This document shows positions 49,027 to 58,654 of a stretch of 64,000 bases of DNA, in pieces. The stretch is from positions 15,837,974-15,901,973 of the forward strand of contig OZ316899.1 in NCBI GenBank assembly GCA_973895155.1, written 5' to 3'. The position numbers and the translations under genes are program-made. The notes below the pieces were generated by a model. That model did not search any database. It was given only the letters and a program-made list of their open reading frames with translations, and was not told the DNA's origin. Source of the stretch: Marsupella aquatica. Lineage: Eukaryota; Plantae; Marchantiophyta. Position 1 is the stretch's first letter. Each line of letters starts with the position of its first letter.

Positions 49027-50333
49027 AGTCGCAGAACTCGACTACCTTAACACTTAGCTCCGGCATCGCTGACTCCGACGTCGAGCTCCCTTATGGTCCA
49101 GGCCCGGATAGGCCATCCGGGGAGGACTTAGCATGGGGAGACTTGTGGGCAATGAGACGTGGCACTAGCGAGGCAAGGAGCCAAGCTAGGGGAACACACT
49201 AAGGACTTGGACTAGCCTATGGCTGGTCGGGTCAAGGGGAAATGGGTCGGGCTCAAGGATGGTCATCCGGACCTTCGGATGGACTTTGAGTTCTGAGGGC
49301 TTGTGAGTGAGCTCCTCTTGGGCCCAAGGCCAATGGAGTTGACGCCTTTGGCAACGGACGCTTGGTGCGCAAGTTGTGGCCCGATCCGGGTTGGGTCAGT
49401 CGGGGGTCCAAGCGGCGATCAGACCTGAGGGCCTAGGCATGAGCACTGGGTCAGCCCGGTCACGACGGGCTAAGGCACTCCGCTTGCGAATGCCTATCAA
49501 GAAAGTTATGGGTGTTGCCAGTTGGTGGCGCGCCCATTATGCGCGATGGGATCCGGGTTGGGGGCCAAATGGTTAGGGACCAAAGCTGGTATGGGGGTGG
49601 CAGGTTTCCAGAAGCATATATGAGGGGAGTGGTGTCTCCCTGGGACCTAAGGCCGAGCCGAAGTCATGAGCCGCGGCGGTCGCTACACTAAGGAAAACCG
49701 CCAAACGGAAATGGCGATATCTTCCCAATGGGAAGTCCGTTGGAGGACTTCTTGGATGCGTTGGGAAGCTCTTGAGGAGGGATACTTCCTCCTAAGCTCG
49801 GTTGGGTCTGGGGGTGCAGTGGGTTATTGTGGTTTGCGGGTGTTAGCTCACCCGCTTGCCGAATCCTGTCGAACAGCAGCCAAGCCGCGTTCAATCTCCC
49901 AAGGGAGCTGGCGTTGGGGAGGCAAGGCCAAGTAGGTGCGGAGGCTGAGTTCCAAGGGTGCTCGGCCCCTAGACCACCAGTGGGGCGAACCGGGAGCGGT
50001 TGCTAGAGTCGGGGCCGTTCTGGTCTTGGCGTGTTGGGACAAGCTTTAGGACAAGCTACGCTATTTGGGCCATGAGCATGTCCTGAGGTCAGGGCGGTCA
50101 GTTGGTGATGGATAGGTACGAGGGGGAACCCGGGCCGCGCCCAAGGAAGGAGCTATTCTGGACAAACAGTGGGCGTGGATTATGGTTCCAGCTTATGGCA
50201 TCGGGAGGACCTATTGCTGACCTATTTACCATAGTCTGTTGAGCTTGAGTTAGGATGATAGAATTGGCGAGTTCTAGATCCTGAAGGGTTACTTACCAAG
50301 GTGCTTGGTTGCTTGTGCAGATAGGGAGGACCG

Positions 50334-50742
50334 TTGAGTATCGCAAGGCCCCTAAATGCGCTAACGTTGAAAAACAAAGTGTTTGTGTGGACACAGGATT
50401 GCGAGTTAGCATTCCTGCAACTTAAGCGGCTAATGATAACGCCGCCGGTTCTAAAGTTACCTGAGATGGGGAAACCATTTGAGATTTGGACAGACGCAAG
50501 TGATTACGCCGTTGGTGCCTGTCTTCACCAAGATGGGCGTCCTGTGGCCTTTGAGTCATGTAAGTTGGAAAATCATTGGATCACATCGAAAAGGGAAATG
50601 TATGTTGTGATCTATGCGTTGAAGAAGTGGAAGATTTACCTTAAGAACGGTCCCAAAGTGGTAATCCACCCAGATAGCTCGCCGACCGGGTATTTCAGTT
50701 CTAAGCCAAGACTGAACCCCAAGGAAATGCAGTGGCATATGT
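50334..50742 (+). pseudogene. Ty3/gypsy RT-connection/RNase H fragment of an older element
   Basis: FVWTQDCELAFLQLK..PPVLKLPEMGKPFEIWTDASDYAVGACLHQDGRPVAFES; truncated by the LTR at 50743. Confidence 0.88.
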
Positions 50743-53700
50743 TGTGGTGCGTCCCATGGCTCCCTAAACCCAAGAAACCCCCCAGCTCAAGCCGATTCCC
50801 GCAGGTTTCGCGCTTGGCGAGGCCGTTTCCGCGGCTTAGCGGCATGGGACGCTGCTAACCTTCTACTACTACTATTAACATTTTACACACATATACTGGA
50901 CAGATCCTTCATCGGGTCATGAGATACGTAGCCGGCCTAATATAGGCCTTCCCCTGTCTTCCCCTGTCTTCCCCTCCGTCTTGTTAGGTATGTTTGGATT
51001 CCGCCGCCGGAATGATCCCCAATAGGCTTGGTTAAGCCGCTAAGACCTCTCTCAGCTCGACACATCCAACTCTCACTCCCCTGCTTACTTTCCTTCTTTC
51101 TGTTGATGTGGGCACTCTTCACACAAGTTAATGCGACACACAAATAGCAAAATGACTCATTCTGACTGAGTCATACCATGCACTTGCCATACAAACAGTA
51201 CATCTCATACACAAGTTCTACGAACTAAGCCGTGAGGCCAACTCTATTCAGCTCTTAGGCATGAGGAAACATGAATATACACAAGGGTCACTGTATGACT
51301 AACCGAGAGCTTCTCGTACTACTTGATCCCAGCCCGGCTGGTGCAAACTAAAAACTTGCTAAAGAAGAGGCCCTGAGCTCCCCGCTGCCCAGGTACTTAT
51401 CCTGGTAGTGGATCCGCCATTCTTTGCATCGTAAGCCTAATCTACTTAACAGTAATCTACTTGCCCGAATCTACCTATGTACAGCAAGGCAGGAGCACAA
51501 GTGTTGCTCCTACCAGTGGGACCGCAATCCCACTAAGCTAAGTGTCAGGGCCGCTCCTGGTTCTGATCCTAATCCTAAACGTGGAGATCCGTGCCCGCCC
51601 TGCCCACTCACGCCTCCTCCCTCCACGTCCGCCCTCCCTAAAAGGAACGGCGCCCTTGCACCGTCACGACACCGGTGGTGGATCCTCAATGGACGCCCCC
51701 AACACTTCCTCCTCAGCCACTGCCGTTGGCCCGCCTACTGACAGATTACCTGCCCTTGACCGAGTCAACTCTCCCTCGGCCTGACTGGGTCCACCTTCGG
51801 CTTCAGCCTCGACACCGGCCTCGGCAATACCCACGGCTTCGGCTTCAGCCACCCCCACGGCTTCGGCTTCAGCCACTCCCTCGGCTTCGGCCTCCCCTTC
51901 CCCTAGGGTAGTTGGATCCTTAGCTGTGACCCTGTCTGGGGTCGGTGCCGGGTCTACCTCCTTGATCACCACGGCCTGTGAAGTCGTATTACTCCTTGAC
52001 CCTGAAGGTTTCCGCTTCTTCTTCGTTGGTGGCTCGGCAGCTGGTCCCTTCCCCTTCCCACTTACCTCCGGCACTGGTGCAGGTGGCGCGGCTTGTCCTT
52101 CGGCAATTACCACCCCTGGTAACTGGTTTGTCCCAACAGGAGATGGACCTGCTGCAGCTAAGCATTTAAATACTGCGGCTTGTTTCTTCAGCCGCTCTGT
52201 TTGGTTGTCGGCCCGCCGCTGTAGGTTCTCCATCTTCCTCGTGATTTCCTCCAACTCCTCTTGGGTTTCATCCAGGTCCTTACGTGCCCCCTCCAGCTCG
52301 TTTTTGGCCTCCTCCTGCTCCCTGTGGGCTTCCTCCAATTCCTTCTTCAAGGTAGCCTTCTCCTCCTGGGTTGCTCTTAGCTCCTTGTCGAGCTCTGCAA
52401 TGATGACAGACTCCATCTGGTTCATCTTGGCGTAAGTCTGTTCGAGCATCTCGTCCTTCTCCCTTAGGTCGGCCTTGAAGCTGGCCGTCAGGGACGCAAG
52501 CTCCTGCTGCAGCGCCATAATCCCTTGATAGGATTTCCCTAACTCGACCTCCTTCTGCTCAAGGGCTCCGCGGATTTTCTCGAGCTCCCCTTTCAACGCC
52601 CATTCCTTTCTTTGGGTCTCCGCCATGGCCCGGCTGTTGGCTGTTATGTGGGCCTCCTCTGTATTCTTCAGCTCTTGCTTCCACTTTTCCCTTTCTTTGA
52701 TCGTGTCGGCCAACTCTTCCTGCGTCTGAGTCAGTTTATCCTTGATATTCTGATTATCAGCCTGCGCGGCGTCCAACTGCCCCTGCATGATGTTCAGCTC
52801 ATGTCGTTTAATCCGCAGTTCATCTTGGGCTTTCTTGGCCGCCCTTAGATCTTCAATCTCGGCTTCCATCCTCCTAAGCCGCCGAATGACCTCGTCCTTC
52901 TTGCTTCTCTCTAAAGCCACCGCTTCTTCTAATTGGTGCTTCTCCAACTGCTCCCTATGGAAAAAGGGTCCTACCTCCAACTCCTCTCCAAAGATGCCGA
53001 GCGCAAGTTCCCCACACATCTCACCATACTCCATGGCTCTATTCTTAGCGTAGGTGGAGTAAGTAGAAGTGATCGGCATCGCCCATCATGGCCTCTGCTC
53101 CCAAGCCGTCCTGCGGATCTCTTCAATCGTGGCTAGAGGTTTGCTTCCTTTTTCGGCTAGCCGCCTGATGTCCTCCGGCCAATCTCCTCCTGGTAAATCC
53201 TTTTCCTTAGCCAGGGCGGCCTCTTCCTCCTGCTTGATTCGCTCCTGAAATTCCTGCACCGTCTGTTTTATGCCGTCGAAGCTCGGGGGAGCAACATCTG
53301 GTGGGGGAGACTCAGGGCTACTCTGCTGGTTGGGGTCCCCTCGCACTACCCTTGGAAGTGTGGGGACAAACCGGCCACAGGTCCTTACTCCTGGAACGTG
53401 ATGGTCCGACCCATAGCCGGAATTATCATGGCTGCAGTCCTCCACTGCCTCCTCTACCTCTTGGATTTCCGGCTTCTCCCTCTCCTCTTCCTCGGTAGGA
53501 GCTTCAGGCAATTCTGCCTCAGATTCGGAGCTTGAGGTTCCCACGTACATTCGAACACCTGGCTTGGATTCCGGTCTGATTCTCTCGTCTCCAGCAAAGG
53601 GGTTTTCTCTTGTGAGCCGGTGTAGGCCTACCTCTGTAGTAGTGTCCTGCATGGTTGCCGTTGCCGTTGTTGTTGCCGATGCCGATTTCTTTTCTTTCTC

Positions 53701-55399
53701 CAGTAGTTTCAGCAGACTCTGCATGCCTGGTTGCTGCATCGGCAAGTCTTCCTTCCTGGGCCTAAACACCTGCTCGATCGTAGGACTAACAGGTGGTTGA
53801 GGCTTCTCAGCCAACGGCCTCGGCGTTGGAGCTTCCTCAGGTGCCCTTACCTGCAGGGGAAGTACCGGGGCAAAAGTCTGACCTCTGGCATACCGGCACA
53901 ACAGCGGCATGTGATAGCCAAGCCGCGACACGCTCCCCATGCCGATTACCTGCTGCTCCTCCTTTAAGATCTTCTTCAATTGGTTGAGGAGGTACCCGTT
54001 GTAGTCCCGGCTTGGGTCTGGCCTTTCTGCCAGATAGACCTGTGCCTTGCCGATCTCTGCCCTCGGCAAGTTACAATGCATGGTCACCCGCAAGAAGTCG
54101 ATCATCTCTCCTATGTGCGGGTTGGTGCAGGTGTTCCGGAAGAAGCCATTCTTCGTTGATGGCCCGGGGAACGACCGGAACTCCTTGTCAGGCAAGGTCT
54201 TCCTGGTATCAACTTTGGTCTTATTGCCCATCGGCAAGCCAAACACTTCGGCAATCACCTTGGGAGTAAGATAGAAATCCTTCCCATATATCCTCGTGCA
54301 ATTGGTCTCGGGTTCCCATGACCCCACGAATTCTAATAGGTCTGACTCCGGTACCTCCGGCTTCAGCCATGGTAATCTTACAAAGGCCTCCAAGCCGGAT
54401 CCGGCCATGAAGCCTTGGTACTTCTTGGTCTGCATGGCCGTAAAGCATGCATCCTCCTCCCGTGCAAAATGTAGTTGCACCTCCACCGGTAGGGTTGCCG
54501 CCCAGCCCTTCCAGGTGTCATCCCTGGTTGGAATGGCCTTGATGGGATCGACCTCCTCCTCTTCGGCTTCTCCCTGCCTCCTGCTCTGCTGCTCGGCTGG
54601 CTTCTTTGGTGCCGTCGACCTCGTTCTTTTTGCCGGGGTGGCTTCATCGTTGACGGCTCCCTTCCTCTTCATCTCTGCTGCCGTGGAGGTTTCTCCTAGC
54701 ACCGTTGCCTGGGTCCACCTTTCCGTGCTACCCTTTAATTCCCAGTGTATGTCGTTGCAGTTCTTGATGGCCTCTCGGATGCCGACGACGCTGTCCTTGC
54801 AAAACAGAAGATCGTCGAGTTGATTGGAAGTAGGCGTCCACAGGAACTCGTCCTTGATGAGTTCGCCTCCTAAGAAAGCCGTCTTCTGCAGCTCCCACAA
54901 TCGAGCGAGCTCCTGCCGTTCTCGAGCTGCCCTTTCTGACTCCTCGTCCTCGTAAGTCTTGATGTACTCAGTTGCCCGTTCGAACAGGCATCCCCAGAAA
55001 TGTGCCGCTTGATTGACGTTGCTCATACCCTCCTTAGGTTGATCGTCGGTATCTACTCTCTCCCCGAGTGCTTGCCTAAGCAGCTGACAGTAGTTGGCCT
55101 CCCGTAGTCGTCTGCCTAGTTCGTGCTCGCAAATGAGCCACCATCTCCTGCAAGCGCTCCTTACCCCTCTCCTCTGCCGGTCCTTCTTCCCGTTGATCCT
55201 TCCTAGCCGCCGACGCTTAACGCGCCCTAACCCTAATCGGGTTTTCACCCTCAGCCTTACCTCCGGCCTCTGCCCGGGTTCCATGGTTGCCCCTAATTGT
55301 TTATATTTTCCTTGTTTTGTCACTATACTAAGGTGTTCCTAGGGTGCCTTCCTGCTTTACCCACTTAACCGGCCGAGTGATTCCTGTCTAGGCATCACA
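50743..55399 (-). repeat. 3' LTR, 4657 bp
   Basis: Inverted termini TGTGGTGC...GCATCACA; the PPT directly abuts 55399. Confidence 0.85.
51664..55323 (-). pseudogene. LTR-embedded accessory ORF (~1219 codons: plant-transposon-protein/PMD-like region plus long coiled coil), TGA at 53086-53088 in this copy
   Basis: The 745-aa and 471-aa ORFs are in frame and 6 nt apart. The other LTR has CGA at the equivalent codon (63967-63969). Confidence 0.85.
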
Positions 55400-58300
55400 T
55401 AGCTCCCCACTTAATTGTGAAGCGTCCTCGCGAACAACTTCATCTTCGTCCATATAGTATTTCTTGAGGCGGTCATAATGGATGCGAACTGGATATACCT
55501 CTCCCGTAATGTTGGCCAATTGCACGGAGCCATTGGGGAACATCATGGTTACTCTAAAGGGTCCTAACCAGTGAGTGTAAAGCTTTCCTGGAAACCTACT
55601 ATACCTACTGTCATAAAGTAGCACAAGATCACCGGTATGAATACTAACTACTTTTAACCTTTTATCATACTGCTGCTTCATGATATTCTGTCTATATTCT
55701 ACTCTCTCGGCTGAAATCATTCTCGCTTCCTCTAAAGCTTCTAACCTATATTCTCGCTCCTTTAGGCTCTCCTCCGCTGAGGCTCTTTCTTCAATTGTAA
55801 CTTGAAATGTCGGTATCTCAAGTTGCATGGGTACCAGGGCTTCTTGTCCAAAGGTTAAGAAGAAGGGTGTATGACCGGTAGTGGATTTATAGGCAAGATT
55901 GTAAGCAAAAACAGCAGCAAACAATTTATCATCCCAATCGAGTTTGTTCTGAGCTACTGTCTTGTTCAATATCTTTCCTATAATTCCGTTTGCTCGTTCT
56001 GTCAACCCGTTTGCCTTTGGATGGTAGGGAGTAGTAGGCCTATGTTTAACTAAATACTGCTCATTTAAACGACTAATTATATCATTCAAAAAATGGGTTC
56101 CTCTATCACTAACTAATTCTAGGGGTGCTCCATACCTGGTGAAGATCTGCTCATACATGAATCTAGCCGTAGTAATTGCATCATCCTTCGTTGTTGGTCT
56201 GGCCTCTACCCATTTAGTTGCATAATCCGTAGCCAGGATTATGTACTTGTTCCATCGAGGGTGGGTCAGTGGTTTCAGAGGTCCAATGTAATCAATACCC
56301 CACTTCTCGAATGGTGCCAGAGGTAGAATAGGGTGCAGTGGATGCCTGGTGGACGCCCTTGGTCCTCCCGCTCGTTGACAAGGATCGCATTGTTTGATAA
56401 ACTGATAGACATCTTTGTGCAAGGTGGGCCACCAGTAACCGGCATTTAATATCTTCTTAGACGTGGTTACTGGGGCAAAATGTCCTCCGGCCTCCTCTCC
56501 ATGCATGGCCCGTAGGACTCGTTTTACCTCTCTCTTCTCCAAACACCTTTGAATCGTGCCGTTGATTCCATGCTTGTGCAGTATGCCTTTAATGCACTGA
56601 TACTGTCTGACCTTCCGCACAAAGACTGCGGCTTGCTCTCGGCTTAATCCTGGCTGTAATCTGGAAGTGCTGAGAAATTGTAAAATCTCAGGGTACCATG
56701 TACCAGCTATTTCCACAACGAATAGCTCCTCGTCGGGGAATCGATCATCGATGCAATCCGTGGCAGGTTTACCTGTGATCCTTGAAAAGAAGTCGGCATT
56801 GGCATGTAACTTTCCTGGCTTGATCCTCAGCTCATAGTCAAACTCCTGTAATAGCAAAATCCATCTTGCTACTCTGCCTGTAAGGTCCGGCTTATTGACT
56901 AGGTACTTCAAACTTTCATGATCAGTATGAAAGATTACCTTGTACCCTAGTAAATAATGCCTAAACTTTTTACAAGAATAAATGACTCCTAATGCTTCTC
57001 TTTCCGTGGTAGAGTAGTTCCGTTCGGCATCGGCAAGCTGACGGCTTGCGAAGTATATGGGATGGTCCCTTCCTTTCTCATCCAACTGACTTAGTACTAA
57101 GCCAATACAGAAGCCCGAGACATCTACAAAAACATGAAAATCTTTGTTCCAGTCCGGTGCTATCATGACTGGGGCCTCTACTAACATCTGCTTCAATTCT
57201 ACCACCGCTGTGACTCGTTCGGGTGTGGGTTCGAAGTCTGCTCCTGCCTTGAGCATATTGGTTAATGGTAAAGCTAGCTTGGCAAAATCCTTGATGAACC
57301 GGCGATAGTAACCAATGCATCCCAAGAAGGATCTTACATCCTTTATGTTCTTAGGTTGCATGATATCTAGCCATACTGCTAGCTTACCTTTGTCAATCTC
57401 AATGCCCTTCCTTGATACCTTGTGACCTAGTAGCACCCCCTCGGTTACTGCAAAAAAACATTTATCTGGGTGTAACTTGAGACCCACCTCCCTACATCTC
57501 ATGAAGGTTTTCCTGAGGTATTTAGCATGTTTCGATGCCTTCCCGAATACTGCAAAGTCATCAATGAAGATTTCCATGAACTTTCTCAAGTAATCATGAA
57601 AAATGTTCACCATTAATCGTTGGAACATAGCTGGTGCGTTGCAGAGTCCAAACGGCATACGATTGAAGACATAGATCCCCCATTCCGTGATGAAGGCCGT
57701 CTTGATTTGGTCTTCCTGCCGAATCCTGATTTGGTTATAACCAGAGTATCCATCCATGAATGAATATAGTTCATGACTGGCTACCATGTCTAGTACCATA
57801 TCAGTAAACGGTAAAGGAAAATGGTCTTTTAATGTTGCTTCATTCAGCTTCCTGTAATCCTGACAAACCCGGATCTTGGGTTTACCATCGGGTCCAGCTT
57901 TCTTGGGAACTATCACAATTGGAGACACCCAGTCTGAATGCAGGACTGGAGTGATGAATCCAGCTTCCACTAGTTTGTCGATTTCTGTTTTGACCAGCAG
58001 GGAATACTTCGGGTTCATCCTTCGAATTGGTTGTCGAAATGATTTGGCTCCTAACATGAGATCAATTCGATGTTCCCCTAGTGTTGGATCTACGCCCTTT
58101 AGATCTTGGTGACTCCATGCAAACACATCCTGAAATTCAATTAATAAGTCACTGATCTCTTTCTCGAGCTCAGGTGCTAGGTTTCTCCCTAAGTTCAGTT
58201 CTCTTCCCTCTCCTAAGTCGAGCTTCCGATATTGCCGTGCTTGGATCATATTAATCTGCTTCTTCAAATTCGGGTCGAGTTCGGCTTCCAGTCTCTCTAA

Positions 58301-58654
58301 TCTCATACCTCCATAAACTGGGATCTCGGCTGGACTAGCCGAGTCGGTCCCTTCCTTGGTGTCCATAGATTGTCCCCTTACCGGTCTATTCGGTTTTGAA
58401 TTAGTGGTCGGCTCCCCTTCCTGCCTTGGCTCTGGATCGTGTCTGTCCATCTCATCCACCTCTTGCTCCTGAGAGTTAGGCTGCTGTGCTCTCTCGGCTT
58501 CTAATAGGGCCTCAATTTGTTCTGCCCTCGTAATCGGCTTGTATGCCGATCCCTTGGTATTTAATTCCTTGCCGATGATCGATGGCGTTGTGGACCACGT
58601 CGGCTCTGCCAGAACGCCTGCAGAAAATCCACTGTCCCTGCTACTGCTCCCCAC
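55388..58654 (-). CDS. Gypsy pol (RT, RNase H, integrase)
   Basis: RVCQDYRKLN, FMDGYSGYNQI, MPFGL, FIDDF, DVSG..E..D RNase H, H..GGH..CDPC, WGIDYIG, SDRG, ERAN, WLGPF. Confidence 0.96.
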   Translation of the reverse strand: MGSSSRDSGFSAGVLAEPTWSTTPSIIGKELNTKGSAYKPITRAEQIEALLEAERAQQPNSQEQEVDEMDRHDPEPRQEGEPTTNSKPNRPVRGQSMDTKEGTDSASPAEIPVYGGMRLERLEAELDPNLKKQINMIQARQYRKLDLGEGRELNLGRNLAPELEKEISDLLIEFQDVFAWSHQDLKGVDPTLGEHRIDLMLGAKSFRQPIRRMNPKYSLLVKTEIDKLVEAGFITPVLHSDWVSPIVIVPKKAGPDGKPKIRVCQDYRKLNEATLKDHFPLPFTDMVLDMVASHELYSFMDGYSGYNQIRIRQEDQIKTAFITEWGIYVFNRMPFGLCNAPAMFQRLMVNIFHDYLRKFMEIFIDDFAVFGKASKHAKYLRKTFMRCREVGLKLHPDKCFFAVTEGVLLGHKVSRKGIEIDKGKLAVWLDIMQPKNIKDVRSFLGCIGYYRRFIKDFAKLALPLTNMLKAGADFEPTPERVTAVVELKQMLVEAPVMIAPDWNKDFHVFVDVSGFCIGLVLSQLDEKGRDHPIYFASRQLADAERNYSTTEREALGVIYSCKKFRHYLLGYKVIFHTDHESLKYLVNKPDLTGRVARWILLLQEFDYELRIKPGKLHANADFFSRITGKPATDCIDDRFPDEELFVVEIAGTWYPEILQFLSTSRLQPGLSREQAAVFVRKVRQYQCIKGILHKHGINGTIQRCLEKREVKRVLRAMHGEEAGGHFAPVTTSKKILNAGYWWPTLHKDVYQFIKQCDPCQRAGGPRASTRHPLHPILPLAPFEKWGIDYIGPLKPLTHPRWNKYIILATDYATKWVEARPTTKDDAITTARFMYEQIFTRYGAPLELVSDRGTHFLNDIISRLNEQYLVKHRPTTPYHPKANGLTERANGIIGKILNKTVAQNKLDWDDKLFAAVFAYNLAYKSTTGHTPFFLTFGQEALVPMQLEIPTFQVTIEERASAEESLKEREYRLEALEEARMISAERVEYRQNIMKQQYDKRLKVVSIHTGDLVLLYDSRYSRFPGKLYTHWLGPFRVTMMFPNGSVQLANITGEVYPVRIHYDRLKKYYMDEDEVVREDASQLSGELCDA
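55400..55413 (-). promoter_or_regulatory. 3' polypurine tract
   Basis: TAAGTGGGGAGCTA immediately before the TG of the 3' LTR. Confidence 0.8.

Noticed and set aside
49376-50042. Possible decayed gypsy gag (ASWWRAH..)
   Set aside because: Too degenerate to support a call without an alignment.
51926-54823. Plus-strand ORFs opposite the LTR ORF, and similar shadow ORFs elsewhere in the window
   Set aside because: Antisense shadows of real coding frames, with Ser/Leu/Phe-rich composition and no motifs.
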